A model generated the notes under the pieces. The model ran no database searches. It was not told where the DNA came from and worked only from the letters and a program-made list of their open reading frames with translations. A stretch of DNA of 64,000 bases from Massalongia carnosa (lineage: Eukaryota): assembly GCA_965645245.1 (NCBI GenBank), contig OZ287069.1, positions 806,001 through 870,000 of the forward strand, given 5' to 3'. Of the stretch, positions 50,501-63,478 are shown one piece after another. How positions within the stretch are numbered: position 1 is the stretch's first letter; each line of letters opens with the position of its first letter. The position numbers and the translations under genes were made by a program.

Positions 50501-50800
50501 AGCTTGAAGGAGCCACCAAAGCCCCATTGCTTCATCGAGAAGAAAAAAGCAAACGGCTCAAGGACGGAGTATGTTCTCGAGTTTTCCCCGCTCTGGGAGC
50601 AAAAATCGGATAGCTGAAAAAAAATTCTCTGCTCACAATCATCGGCTAGATTGTTGCCAGGTTGCAGGAAGAAAACGAAGAAAAGGTATAAATGCACCAT
50701 GGTCGAGGGAATAATGGCTCGTGCACTGAATGGCACTATGAATCGTGTTCTTAGGAAAACAGCTGTTTTGCGGCAAGGCAGAATCAATCGCCAAGCTTCT

Positions 50801-52949
50801 TCAAGTCTCGCTTGTCTTGCCGTCAAACTTCCTCTCCGCATTTGCTAGTTTCTTTTTGACGTCTTTTAGCTCTTCTTGGAGCGACTTGATGTATTCGATT
50901 GCCAGCTCTACCGTGGTGGCTTTGCTATTGCTTTGCTGCGCCGCAGTCCCAGCCATTATAATGTTCGTACCGCCCGGGGTTGAGCTGCCCGAGCTTCCAT
51001 CCTTGCCACAAGATCCGTTGAACCCGTTGCTCGTTGACGCTGGAGGCGGGAGAAGAGAAGCTATCTCCTGGAGAGCCGTATTTATGCGATTTCTTCGTCC
51101 TTGTTCGGCAATCTTGTGTGAAGTGCGTTTTGAGGTTAAGTTGGTAGAAAGCGCTTCCGGATAGGATACGCCAGGAAGATGGGTGCCTTCGAGAATATTT
51201 TGGTAGTTGGACTTGGATGCAAGGAGCAGCGCCGATGTTTCTGCATTTACATTTACTGATATACCTATTAGCAAGAGACTGGGTAGCAAGAGGGTCAACC
51301 GTTCTTACCTCCTTCTGGAAGAAGAGGCTTGATGCTTGGGGACATCTTTGGACGTAGAGCTGGGCTGACGTGCACAGAGCTTGTGCTACTCCTTTTCTTA
51401 TTTTCGCGGCCTGAAGTCTTTGGTTCTGCACGCTTGGCGCCTAACGGGCTCTTGGGTGAGACCAACCCGGATAACGACGGACTGCTGAAATAAGCTTTTG
51501 TTATAGTTGCGGGTGCGCTGGAAGCTGTAGAGACATCTTTTTGAACAGACATGATCGGTGTTTGGTCGAATTTCTCGTTTGACGTATCCAGCGGCGTCAA
51601 TCTTGGGTTTGTCGCAACATCTGCTGGCTCTGGTAGGGTGCTGTCTTCCATATCGTGCTGCGCCTCCCCGTTACCGACCGAAGCATGCTCATTTAGGGTA
51701 GAGGACGTAATTTGAATGCTGCCACCACTACCCGCTTGTTTACGAATTTTCATTAGCGAAGCTGGCGTCGCAGGCTCATCAATCATGGCCAAAAGCGGTG
51801 CTGACTGAGACCCAGCTTGCTTGGGATTGAGGTAGGGTGACCTGCTTGAAGAGCACGATCTAGGCGTTGCAGGTGGTGGCATCAATATCTCAGATAACGG
51901 TTCGGGTGAGATCGAGCCCGCCTCGGAACTATCCTGAGTGTAGGGCAATCCGAGCTTGTTACCAGAAGCCAGTACCTTGTTACCTGCCTTTTTGGGCCTT
52001 TGGGCATCTTCTATCATTCCCAGAATCTCCTTTGGAGGAATGGATGAGCTAAGCGACTGTTTTCGTTTGCTTTGAGGCTTCATCGAAGGCGATTGCTTCA
52101 CCATACGACCCGAGCTCTTTGCTGTAGAGGTCGTTTTCCTCCTCGATTTACGCAATTTGGCTGAATTTAGGGAAGCTAGGGGCGCGCTGAAATCGATATT
52201 CATGTCAACTGGAGAAGTAGTATCGGAAGTATCCGAGTTGCGTACAGCCCCATACACGGAATTTTGGTTCGCATGTCTTTGGGCCTCTAACGCCGGCGAG
52301 GTTAGAGGACTGAAGTATTCTCCGGGTACAGGATACTCAGGATACTGGAATTGAGTATCCAACGGCGTGACTGCTGGAGATACTAGGGGTGTAAATATCA
52401 TCTTGTAAAGATATCAGCTCATATATTGTCAGAGCTTTGTGATTATGATCTGACCTGGTCTTTCTGATTCCGCCCAAATCGTTCAAACACAGCTTGTGAC
52501 TGATGCTCCCCCGAGGATCGATAGTATCTTGTATGCTCGCCGTGCAGCTCGATGCTATTCGGGGTAGGCGGGATGATATTTTGACTTCGATAATGTGCGC
52601 TGTGAGTATGGGATTGCTGCTGCTGAAGTGGATGGAAAAGTTCGGCCCGCATATTCATTTCATGAAATGACTCGGTCGAGCCTTGAAAGCCGCCCATGAA
52701 TCGCATGGGGTCATTCTGGTTCATTTCTTCGGGCATGTGCTCTTCATCCAGCCCCAGCACTTCCCCTCTGTTTCCCATGGGTATATCCATCGCGCTGCCG
52801 GCTTCTTGCCGCAAGTCCCCTCCATCAGGCATAGGACCTTCAAAAGAAGGGAATGTAAGCTGCAAATCCCCGAACTCTAGAAAATTGGCAAACTCCTCTT
52901 CGGGTCCAGACACCATGGGCGACCACGGAGAGGCAGAGATCTGGTTCAT
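50801..52949 (-). CDS. Phosphate-acquisition bHLH transcription factor (Pho4/NUC-1/PalcA-like), 3 exons
   Basis: PPTPNSIELH, FTPLVSPAVTPL, YFSPLTSPAL, PATPASLM, LLASKSNYQNILEG, KRTSHKIAEQGRRNRINTAL, SKATTVELAIEYI. Confidence 0.92.
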
Positions 52950-55009
52950 GACAGGTCGCTAGAAGATAATTCCATTCATGAAGCGCTCAAGACCTGGGCC
53001 ACGGAATATCTCCTTACAGACCTGAATGCTCGTCGGAGAGTCTTCACTAGCCTCGGTTATGCCTCCGTTATCGGGTTGGTAGGTTGACACCGTAAGGGCG
53101 CGGGTGGCCCTTCAGTCAAACGGCCTTTATCTGAACCCAACGTGGAGTTGGGTGAAAGAGCGACAGTAGCGATATAGTATCAACCAAATGAACCAAATGA
53201 TCTGAGAACTGAATGGACCAGTCAAGTCAAGGGATGAGGTTGAAATGAAGGTTGATCGTTGATTTCCGTACGAATGAGGGGCAACGAGATCATCTGCAGG
53301 GAATCGCTTGTTCCTTGCCCTTAGGATTGCCTAAGCTGCTTCCCCGAAAATGCCTCGGAATCCTGTTCTTTCGCCGTCTTTTCGTCCCCTTCCATCACCA
53401 CGATAAGAGTCTACCAGACACGGAGGGCGTAATATGCCTATGGAATCTCAGTGAAGTTCCTCTACATTACGATCGAACTCTCGAATCACCTGTTTTCGAC
53501 GTCTCCGCACTCTGCAAGTAAGTACAGAGTAACTAAGTGACACACGCTGTATGTCACACCCGGTGGCCGATTGCCCGATCATCCCCAGCCAGACCTCACG
53601 CTAACCCTTTGGTCAACGCCATCTCGCTTGAAGGAAGGAAGGATGGTCGGCCATCTCCACGGCGTAATTACTCTGTTCACGACAAGTTCAGTCGCCTGGG
53701 GTATTTCAACTAATGATGTTCCTCGATCTTGCGATAGAACAATCGAGGTGCCACAGCCCTTCCTAATAAGGCTATCCTCTATGTAACTGATAGTGTATCA
53801 GAGTCGGTATGACTACAACCTTCCATTCGAGAATGACGAGGAAGGCGGGGGGACCTTTCACCTTGCATCTTTGTGTCACGCTTCTAGATGTCCAAGTGCA
53901 AGGGTCTGTTGGTGTTCTTTTCTCCTGCCTCTGTGCCTTATCTCCCCTCATGCACAAATGATTATTAACATGAAGCAGATACTAACGTGTTATTTGTCGA
54001 TTTGCAAACACCATATTGACCGACGAGAGAGCCCTCGGCATGAACTCAAGTCCACAGTGTGGTTACTCGAGGTGAAGGGATTTCCCTACTATCAATTCCG
54101 TCAAATCTAGGGCCCTTGGGTCTCTTAGATTGCTCCATCGATATTTACATTAACAGGTTTAAGTCTCATGCAATTTTTCCCTTGAAAATGAGGAGTTACA
54201 TACTTATTTTCCACACCACTATACACCAACCAATCGAGGGCTATTTAAACTATTTTCCTTTAAGCTGGAGCCGCAATTCTTTACCGTTTACGGCCTTCCT
54301 CTGCCAGAGATATTGGCGTTCATATGAATTCAGCAGAAGTGAGAATTCCATGCTTAACAAGAAGAGCTCAGTCAACAATATAGGTCTGCGCGATTCTTCA
54401 GCAAACACAGAGGTAGGTGGCATGACATGGAAACTCCTAAGATCTAACGATGGAGGGTTTGGGAGTTGAGATATGATACCTCTATGCTCGAATGATTTGA
54501 TTGGCTGCATCATATTTTATCGAGACATATTGTTCGTCAACCAGTTCAATTGATAATATGTGGAAATATTTATCTAGCCGAGCTCCATAAAACGCTTGAT
54601 CATTATCTGCTGATTGGAAAGCGTTATGAGCCTACTTCTTTACATTGGCTGTGCTCTTCATGCCCGTTTCCAAAAAGCACCAACAGCATTCGGTGTTACA
54701 TCAGGTGACTCAACATATTGCTCCTTCCAATATAAAGGTGTCATAGTCTCGCCGATGTGTTTGAAGCTCTATTTGTAGTCTAATTAGGGTTGCTCGCTGC
54801 TGGCTCCTTGTAGCTACGGGTGGGGGCAAAGCTTCCCTACTTATGAAGTAAAGAAAAGAAAATTTTCTTGTTTACTTCGTCTTCCGATAATTCTCTCCTT
54901 ACTCTTTCTCTCTCCTCTCTCTTCTCTTCTCTTTACTATTCATTCTCGTCGCTCTTTTGCACGATATCTTCCACGTCAACTGGCTTCTCACGTACCTCTC
55001 CTTTGCAAG

Positions 55010-57035
55010 ATGTTCACATTCGCTGTCCTTGTCTCCCTTTCAGCAGTACTCTCTCTCTGTTCCTGGCCTGTGGTAACGGCCGAAACATGTACCACGTACT
55101 TGGTATTGGAGTCGGACTTCCAATCTCCTCCAACGAGCACTTTCTACAGCTCTGTCATTACCTCAACTGGTACTGTTCCTTGCGGGCCATGTGAGCTTGA
55201 TGTGCACGTTTTCCTTCCCTATGGTTTTGCTCCGGTGAGTGTTCGAGAGTCTCTGTCATGGAGCTTCATCGTGCTAATCATTTATTGGGAGCAGCAATTC
55301 CGGACCACTGTTACGGCTGCCATTGGAACAAGCACAAGCTACGTGTGTTCGGTAGTTTCTAGCAGCACACGCATTGTGAACATCTTTGAAACTGATTCCC
55401 TGCTACCGCAAACCAAGCAAACACAAGTGGACCGATCAAGGCCTACCGTTCTTGAGCCCTCTTATGAGGTTTTAACGAAGCTCACTCCACACTCAAGAGG
55501 CTCTGCTGGATCCAAGCCAATATTTTCAGGCACTGAGGTAGCTACCAGTAAACCTACAAGCCAGCAAATTTATCACCTAGGCTCAAACAAGCAATCCAAA
55601 ATAAGGTCTTTACAATGGAAACATTTAGATATAGCAACAAATCATAGCTCGCAAGCCACTGTAAGCCCTTACCTGTGCGTCTTGATGATCTCGCTGATTG
55701 TTATTTCAGGCTACGGGTTTCAATCCAACCATAGCTAGTCATCCAGCACTGAGCTCTTTCATTAAACCTCACAGTACGTTTTCAGGAGGTCTGGAATCTC
55801 GAACGCGAGGGAACTTAGAGTCCATTACAAGCGCTGCAGCAGTGATAGCCAGTTGCACGATTATTGATCCACAATTACCGGCTCCGCAGCCTTGTGCGGT
55901 TAGTCCTGGAACTAATATCACCATATGCCCTCGATGTCCGATCACACCACTAGACCTTGGTCGATGTCCTTTCCTTTGCATGCTCTCGGGTTTTCTCGAA
56001 TGCTCTTTGACTGATCTCACTGGTCAGAGTGATCCGGCACGTTTCACTAAGGCAACTTGTCAGAGATGTCTGCCGGCCTGCAATACATCAGTATTGGCCA
56101 CAACGACCTCGCAACTGTTTCCATCATCCAGCCTCCCCACGTTTCCTACAACGCTTTCATCACACATCCAGACAGGGGAACCAACGCCTACCTGTGTGAT
56201 CGTTGATTCGAGTGCACACGATGATCCTTGTCGAACTACCTTCGACGACGACCTCCTATGTAGCGCCTGCCCAACCGGTTTTGCGACTGAAACCATCCTT
56301 TGCCCATTTCTCTGTCAAATATCTTTCAAAGAGGGGCTCTCTGCTCTCGAGTGCTCTCAGAATGATCTTAGTGGACAAAATCAGTTGTCCGTCGGCGGTC
56401 CCCCCGCAACTTGTCAGCAGTGCCTACCACCTTGTATCGATGTATTCTTTCCACCTGTGGCTGCTCCCAAGCCTCCACCTAGCACTTCAACAATCAATTC
56501 CACTTGCGTTTCCACCGCGCGAAACGCAATAGACACACCTGCTGTGGAAAACCCTAATGGAGGCATTTCTCGACTTACCTGTGGGATTACAACTGCCACC
56601 GTGGCTGAATGCCCTTTTATCTGCTCTACTATTCCGGCCGTTGGACTTCAGTCCTGTGCCACGGAAGACTTAACCAGCGCTCTTGGGAAAGCAAAATTCA
56701 TGAGTTGTATGCAATGCTTACCACCATGCAACCCGCCCGATCCCCCCGAGCCAAACCCTACGTGCACCTCTATCACTCCTTCTATGACATCCAGCCCATT
56801 CGTTAGATCTAATATTTCGGGGACTTTATACAAGGAATCTTGCGGTATCACTGGTCTCGAAGTTGCCGCTTGCCCATTTCTCTGCACGCAAGGGCTTGGT
56901 GAGGTGCTTCTCCGATGTACAGAGAATGACGAGAGCGGAACGGTGTTTGATGGTTCCCTCCAGTCTTGTCAGCCATGCTTAATGCCTTGTATTAGGGGTG
57001 ATGCTATTTTGAATGAAAGGTACCTAGAACAATGA
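55010..57035 (+). CDS. Secreted Cys-rich repeat protein (~638 aa); exons 55010-55234, 55295-55660, 55710-57035
   Basis: Signal peptide; two phase-0 introns with GTGAGT/GTAAGC donors, CTAAT/CTGAT branch points and CAG acceptors keep the frame; four CPF[LI]C...CxxCLxxC repeats. Confidence 0.75.
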
Positions 57036-57388
57036 TTTTAGAGATGGAATAGGAGCTTCCCTATGAACGATAGCCTATTGCTTATTAGCGCTGAGGATTT
57101 TCCTATTTAGTCGTGTTGCATTCTATTAACTTCTACCGTGCTTCGTTCTGTATTTATCTTGCCCATGGGGGAGTTTCGCCGCATAGTAGAATGGCCTCAT
57201 AGCATATATAGAAGTAGCTTGAAAAGCAACAGTAAACCAGATTCTTCATGTCGAGAATCAAGGGTTCTGTGGTTTTTGGGGGGTAATTAATCATAGATTT
57301 GAATTTTGAGATTTCAAAGGAGGGACAAATAGAATCACAAAAACAAAGTTCTTGAAATATTTCGGACCTTGAGATTCTTCCAAGAGTA

Positions 57389-58741
57389 CAGTCCCGTGCC
57401 AAAAGTCTGCGGCCCAACCCGTGATTTTCGTGATTTCGCGTTTTCAACTCATCAACCCCCCATCTTCCACCTCATCATTTCACCATGCTTCGTGCTTCTT
57501 TGACCCCCATAAGTGGTAATCGGCCTCGTAACACTAAATTGACGCCATATCAATATGGTATGATTGTTGGGGCCCAGGCGTTGGGGCCCAGGCGTTGGGG
57601 CACACACCGACCGAGATTGGGAAAGACTCTTAATTTCACTAAATCGATCGTGCAGAGTACCATTCAGAAGCACTCAATTCGCAACGACGGCGTGTCTAAA
57701 TCACGTTCTGGACGGCCTGAAGTGCTGTCAGAACGCGATCGACGTTATATCATCAAGCATGCACGAATCAATCCACGAATCACTTATGCACAAATCAAAC
57801 TAGAAGTGGGGCTCGGCTGCAGTCGTACGACCATTTATCGGGCACTCAAACTGTATGGTTTAACCAACTGGGTGGCTAAAAAACGACCTTTATTGACGCC
57901 TGAGGTGGCCAAGAAACGATTGGATTGGTGCTTGCTGCGGCGTGAGTGGACTTTTGAGCAGTGGTCAAGAGTTATATGGTCAGATGAGTGCTCGGTGGAA
58001 AAGGGGTCAGGAAAACAGCGTCAGTGGGTGTTCAGATTGCCGAAAGAAAAATGGAATAAAGAGATGATACAACCTGTCCCCAAAGGCAAAGGAGTCAGTG
58101 TCATGGTTTGGGCAGCTTTTTGGGGAGATGACAGGTCAGATCTTTACAAATTGGCTCGTGATTTTGCTGCGAAGAAGATGGGGTACTCGGCGAACTCATA
58201 TCTGGAATTATTGAACGATAATCTGCTTGGAATTTGGCAACCGGGCCTCATTTTCATGCAGGATAACGCACCTATACATAAGGCTAAAAAGGTGATGGAA
58301 TGGTTCAATGAGAACGGCATAGAGGTCATCGATTGGCCCCCATATTCACCTGATTTAAATCCTATCGAGCACGTTTGGTATGTGCTCAAAAAGCTCGTCT
58401 ATCAAGTCAACCCGAAAATAGATTTGGTGATCGGCAGTGATGAAACTGTTCGTGAGTTACTTTGGAAAGCGTTAGAAGAAGCCTGGACGTTGATAGATGT
58501 GAAAATGATGAGGAGGTTAATAGAGAGCATGAATAGGAGGATAAAAGCGTGTATAGCGTCGGAAGGATGGTATACTAAATATTAAAAATCAATTTTTGGG
58601 GGAATTCTTGTTTAGTATGTATGTAATCATTATGTAAAATTCCAAGACATTTCAGCAATCATGACGTGGTTGATTGTTGATTGAATAGAATGATTGAAAT
58701 GTTGGTGGGGTGCGGGGCCGCAGACTTTTGGCCTAGTACTG
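57389..58741 (+). mobile_element. Tc1/mariner DNA transposon, 1353 bp, ~27-bp imperfect TIRs, TA target duplication
   Basis: Left TA|CAGTCCCGTGCCAAAAGTCTGCGGCCC; right end reverse-complemented TA|CAGTACTAGGCCAAAAGTCTGCGGCCC. Confidence 0.95.
57485..58585 (+). CDS. Tc1-type DD34E transposase (366 aa)
   Basis: RSGRP linker, KKRPLL, WSDE, MVWAAF, FMQDNAPIH, WPPYSPDLNPIE (34 residues between D and E), GWYTKY. Confidence 0.95.
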   Translation: MLRASLTPISGNRPRNTKLTPYQYGMIVGAQALGPRRWGTHRPRLGKTLNFTKSIVQSTIQKHSIRNDGVSKSRSGRPEVLSERDRRYIIKHARINPRITYAQIKLEVGLGCSRTTIYRALKLYGLTNWVAKKRPLLTPEVAKKRLDWCLLRREWTFEQWSRVIWSDECSVEKGSGKQRQWVFRLPKEKWNKEMIQPVPKGKGVSVMVWAAFWGDDRSDLYKLARDFAAKKMGYSANSYLELLNDNLLGIWQPGLIFMQDNAPIHKAKKVMEWFNENGIEVIDWPPYSPDLNPIEHVWYVLKKLVYQVNPKIDLVIGSDETVRELLWKALEEAWTLIDVKMMRRLIESMNRRIKACIASEGWYTKY

Positions 58742-58941
58742 TAGATCAAAAAGCGCAGGCTATGTTTTCGCATACTTCACGAGAATACCACTCAAACGAT
58801 TCCATGCACTCCCGGCCCCTCCCCTTTTGCCACAAACCCCCCCCCCGACCAAATGAATGCAACCAATCGATGCCACCCCTCAAAACCCACCATTCTCCAA
58901 GACTACCAGCACATACCAACCCAACCCTCCAAACCCCACTA

Positions 58942-61900
58942 CTAAACCCGCTCCTCGGCAAAATCCACCACCTCGCAGTCATCTTCGAAAAACTCTTCTT
59001 CCTCCGCTCCTGCATCATCCCTCATGGCGGGTCCCTTTTTGACCCCGCGTTTGCGCCTCGTGGTCACGACGACCTGCCGCCCTTCCTCATCGTTGCCTTC
59101 TACGCTAATGAAGTTCTCCATCTGAACTGCTGGTACGTCGGTGGCGATGGCGCCGTCTTCGTCCCGCGTACTGGCCGAGAAGGAGCCAACGCCAATTTTA
59201 GATATGGGGATAGGTTTGCCAAAGGCCCAGGGAACGGGATCCGAAGGGTGATGATTGGATTCTGATAGGGCGCTGAGTTGGTTGTAGATGTAAAATGTGA
59301 TGCGGCGGTCGGTATGGAAGGGTTGATAGGGAGCATTGGTTTCGATCTCAGCGCAGGAAAGGGGGTGAGCGGTATTTTTGGGGGGCTTCGATGCCGGGTC
59401 TATGATGTATGGTAGCCAGTAGCTCTTTGGTGATGCCGAGAGCTTCTGAATTGCTGGATCAATGGCTGAGCTGTGGTTTGGAACCATCCTTTCCGAGGGT
59501 TGCGAGGCGCTTGATAGGCTGAACTCGATAGGTTTGCTGCCCAAGACAGATGGACGTCGCTTTGAAGCTTTTTGGTTCATGCTCTGTCGGATGCTATGGA
59601 TCCGGAGAAGCCCTCCTCCGGTCACGGCTATGAGTCCTTGATCCCTCCCCCCAAGCCACCTGATACAGCCAGGTGCCACTGCAGAAGATGATCCAGGCAA
59701 AGCAAGCCGATTCTCTCCCATGTGACGGATCGTGTTGACAGTACCGGTAGCCGCACCGACTGACTTGTTGAAGCCTGCTGCGACAGCTTTACCGCTTTTG
59801 GCGCCTGCCCCAGCGCTGAAAGCTAGTCCACCCAAACCGGCCAAAGCGTTGCTGATGTTGGGAGGCCGACCACGTACTGCTGCCAATAGGGGCTGGGTCT
59901 TGACTGTCACTAGATCTAGAGCAGCGCTCAGCGCTGTGCTCGTTGGTAATGGTGGTACGACATTTTCAAAATCATTACTCGAGGGGCCTGGATTACTCGG
60001 GAGGCTGACGGAGCGTTTCGTTCGCCGCGGCGGTGGCCACTGAAATACAGAAGGTGGTAGATCAAATATATGGACGGTACCTCTTTCTGTGAGAATGGCA
60101 AACCTTTCTCCTCTTGGCTCCGTCCAAACTACGTCGATAATCTTAGCGACGGTCATACGGGTAAACCGGGCAATTTCGCGCACGCTTCCTCTTTTCTCAG
60201 ACATTGGATTATCTTTCCCTGTGGCCGTCACGATTTCTCCGTGTATCATCCGCAGTAAGTCCCAGACATGTTGCACGTCACCCTTCGCGCTCGCGGTCAA
60301 CAAACTTAAACCGTTTGGAGAAAACGACACCAAGCTGCACCCATACGGTAAGGCGAACGTGGCAATCGGTTGTAATGCTACAGAAGGTTTGAGATTTTGA
60401 GCTATCGAAAGCTTCTCCAAATCTAGGATCGCTACCAAAGCTGGTTGATTGCCCGGACGGTGTGATAAATCATCATGGGCATGAGTTGACGGAAATACCT
60501 GGTGTGGATTTGGCTCCCATCGAGAATGATTTGCAGGGTAGGGTTGAGGAGTATGCTGGTCAGGCGCTTTCGTCCAGTAATTATTCCAGGCTTGTTTCCC
60601 TTGATCGCCAACCCATCGTGCCCCCTTGATAAACTCCTGCGTTACATCTCTGGCTACTTTGCTGAGCACACTTTCCCCATCCGGAGTTTCCAGATTACAT
60701 GTGATTGGAGGTTCTGCAGGAGACGTGTGAGAAACGAGTCCAGGAGGCTTTGGAGTGCGCACAAAATCGACAGTTCCATGTAAAGTAGTTTGCGCCGAGG
60801 ACATAGGTGGCACAGTAGCCAGCCATCGCGGGCTTAGACTGAAAGTTGCTGCATCTGATTGCTTGAATCTTGTGGTTGCGTGATGTGAAATATCTGCCTC
60901 CGAGGAACTTGAGGAGATCGAGAGACTTCTTGCCTTCCTGGGAGATATTCGCGTCCAGACCTTCCCGATGCATTTGAAATGACTTGCTGGATCATCCAGT
61001 CTGCCGCTTTGAGCTTCAAAGATGTGCACTTCTCCACTAGTACCCGAGCCAACAACCAGAAACTTCCCTTTGGCTTGTAGACTGATATTCCCATTAGGCA
61101 AACACTCCACAGGACCCGAATCCCCTCGAGGAATATCCACATCAAACTTTGGACTTCTAAACAGAGTAGTAACATGGCGACCCTTTCTCAAGGAGTACAC
61201 CTCGACCGTAGTCTGATAGGAAACGCTCCGTTTTGGAGCCCCGGCATCGGCATTGTTGAGAGCCTGTAGCATGGAGCTCGAAGGATCGAATGCCGCATCG
61301 TCAGAATGACTCGTTCCAGGTCTCGAAGTTTTCTCTGGCTCATCGGAGCTATGCGGGCCAAGGATTATTAATGCGACCAAAGGTCGTAACGATCGAAGAT
61401 CATCCGGCCTTGAAGTGGATGGTAATATCTTTGCACCGTAGACGGACCCCCGAAGCTCCTTTAGGCGGCCAATCAGATCGATCTTCTTTTTGTCCATGCG
61501 ATAAATGTGAAGTTCGTGTTCCGAACCAACCAAAAGCACATTATCAGCGCTGCTGGAACCCTCATCCCCAGCCCCTGCCAGGCTGTCAAAGACGCAACAG
61601 AACCTGTCCCCTGCGCTGCTGTCGCTCCGTGCCTGGTACACGCCAAAGTCAATGTCTGGAGCCCCGTAGAAATGAGCTTGCGTTTGGTGAGGGAGAGGTA
61701 ACGACTGGGGCGGGTGGGAATGCATTGATATGGGCCTTCCTCGGCTTGGCGACGAGCCTAAATAGTCCCCGAAGCTCTGATATCCGTTTTTTCGACGCAC
61801 CGACTGGCAATATGCAGCTGACGGCGAAGTTGGAGGAGATGCATTATTGAATCCACCTCGCAGGTCATCATAAGGCTGGAGAGGTTCCGGGGGTGACCCC

Positions 61901-62398
61901 GCTATACTCGGTCCGTTGCTGCGATTTCCCGGAGGACTTCTGCCGAATGGAATATTCTTCGCCCACTCTGTGGTAGATTCGGCTGAAGCGGTCCGATGCT
62001 CTGGAGGCGGAAAAGCGCCTAAAGCTTTGAGCAAGGGCGAAGAGATGTTGTTCGGTGGTTCTGGGGCTGGGGAAGTTGAAGCATGAATTTGTGACAGAAT
62101 GGAAGGAGAAGACGTTCTAAAGGGAATAATCTCGGTCAGCACCATATCATTGCGTCCCTCACAATTATTGCACTATAGTTGCCTAGATATTGATCGAGGC
62201 GACTCACAGCTCTTTGGGCAATATCTTGGATACCCTTTCTTTGATCTCATTTTCCGCTGCGGGCTCGTGCCTTCTCCGCGATCTCGTCGACGATTTGTTA
62301 CCAGCCGATCGCCTCTTTGGGTACTCTTCCTGCAAGTATGGACTGTAATCATTCGCTGGGTGGGGATGTTCCAAAGGTTGGTCCGACGGTGAGGGCAT
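58942..62398 (-). CDS. BCAS3-like beta-propeller protein, 2 exons (intron 62117-62207)
   Basis: VSFSPNGLSLLTASAKGDVQHVWDL, FTRMTVAKIIDVVW, TERGTVHIFDL, LSCAEIETNAPYQPFHTDRR; the intron joins 62398-62208 in frame. Confidence 0.8.
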
Positions 62399-63478
62399 TC
62401 ACCAATGTGCTACAGTTTCAAGGCAATATAACGTTTTTCGTTGTGGTTTGCAATGCTATGGAGTGAACTGTTTGTTGCCTTGAGCTGCAGGATGTCTTGT
62501 GTTAAAGAACGACGAATCCGGTCAGCTGGACGGGGCCTTCAAGGACCCAGAGGGCAAGTTTTGGTGAAACAATGCCGCTGACAGCAGCAAACGGAATCTA
62601 ATTAGTTTTTATGATATAACTTGGCAGAGTTTGCGGGTTTTGCAATTCTAACAAACGATTCAACGCAAGCAGTACTGTCTCTCCAAGATTATATGTGGGT
62701 AGGCGGTACGGTGGTGAACTGGGGAGAGGAGTGGAGGGGCAGCCAGAGCTGGAGCTTTAGGTACCGGTATGAAGGGCATGTAATATTACAAGGTGGAGGG
62801 GTCGGAGAGCCAATAAATGATCTGAGCGAAAGGGGGATTTCTTCTCCAAACAGCGTTTACAGAGTATTGCAATCCGCTCCTCCATCGTACGTTACTGTAC
62901 TCTGTACCCATGGAATCTTTCGATGTCCTCGGTATTCCTGGAGGTATTCTCTACGTATCTTCCTTTGGTACAGGGAGATTGAGTATGAAGCACGAAGATT
63001 ACTGCGGCACAGAATGTCACGTATGGTACATGATGTATGTATGATGTAAGATATATGATGTAAGATGTACCATGTGCTCTGGAGGTGCCTGAAAGACGTC
63101 TCCGATTCCAGGGGAAAGCTGCAAGCGGCGCAGTGAAGCGGCGCAAACAGTGCATAATTCCCGATCGAATCAGCGATATGCTCAAAGTAGGTGCTGTACG
63201 GAGTACTCCGTAAGTACCCCTCCCACAACCATAGGCAATGCTGTCTATGATCCGTTAGATACATGTGATTCGAGGGCATTCTTCTGACTCTGTTGGAGGT
63301 ATAGGAAAAAACCGGAAGAGAAGTGAATGGATACTGAGCCTTTTTGTGCAACTGCGTGTACGCAACCTGCTCCCTTTCGATAAATACAACAAGCCGTTGA
63401 CAGCGCATGACAACAAAGCTCCAAAACACCGCAACCAAATTAATCCCCTAACCCATGATGATAAATTTCCCCATCCGT

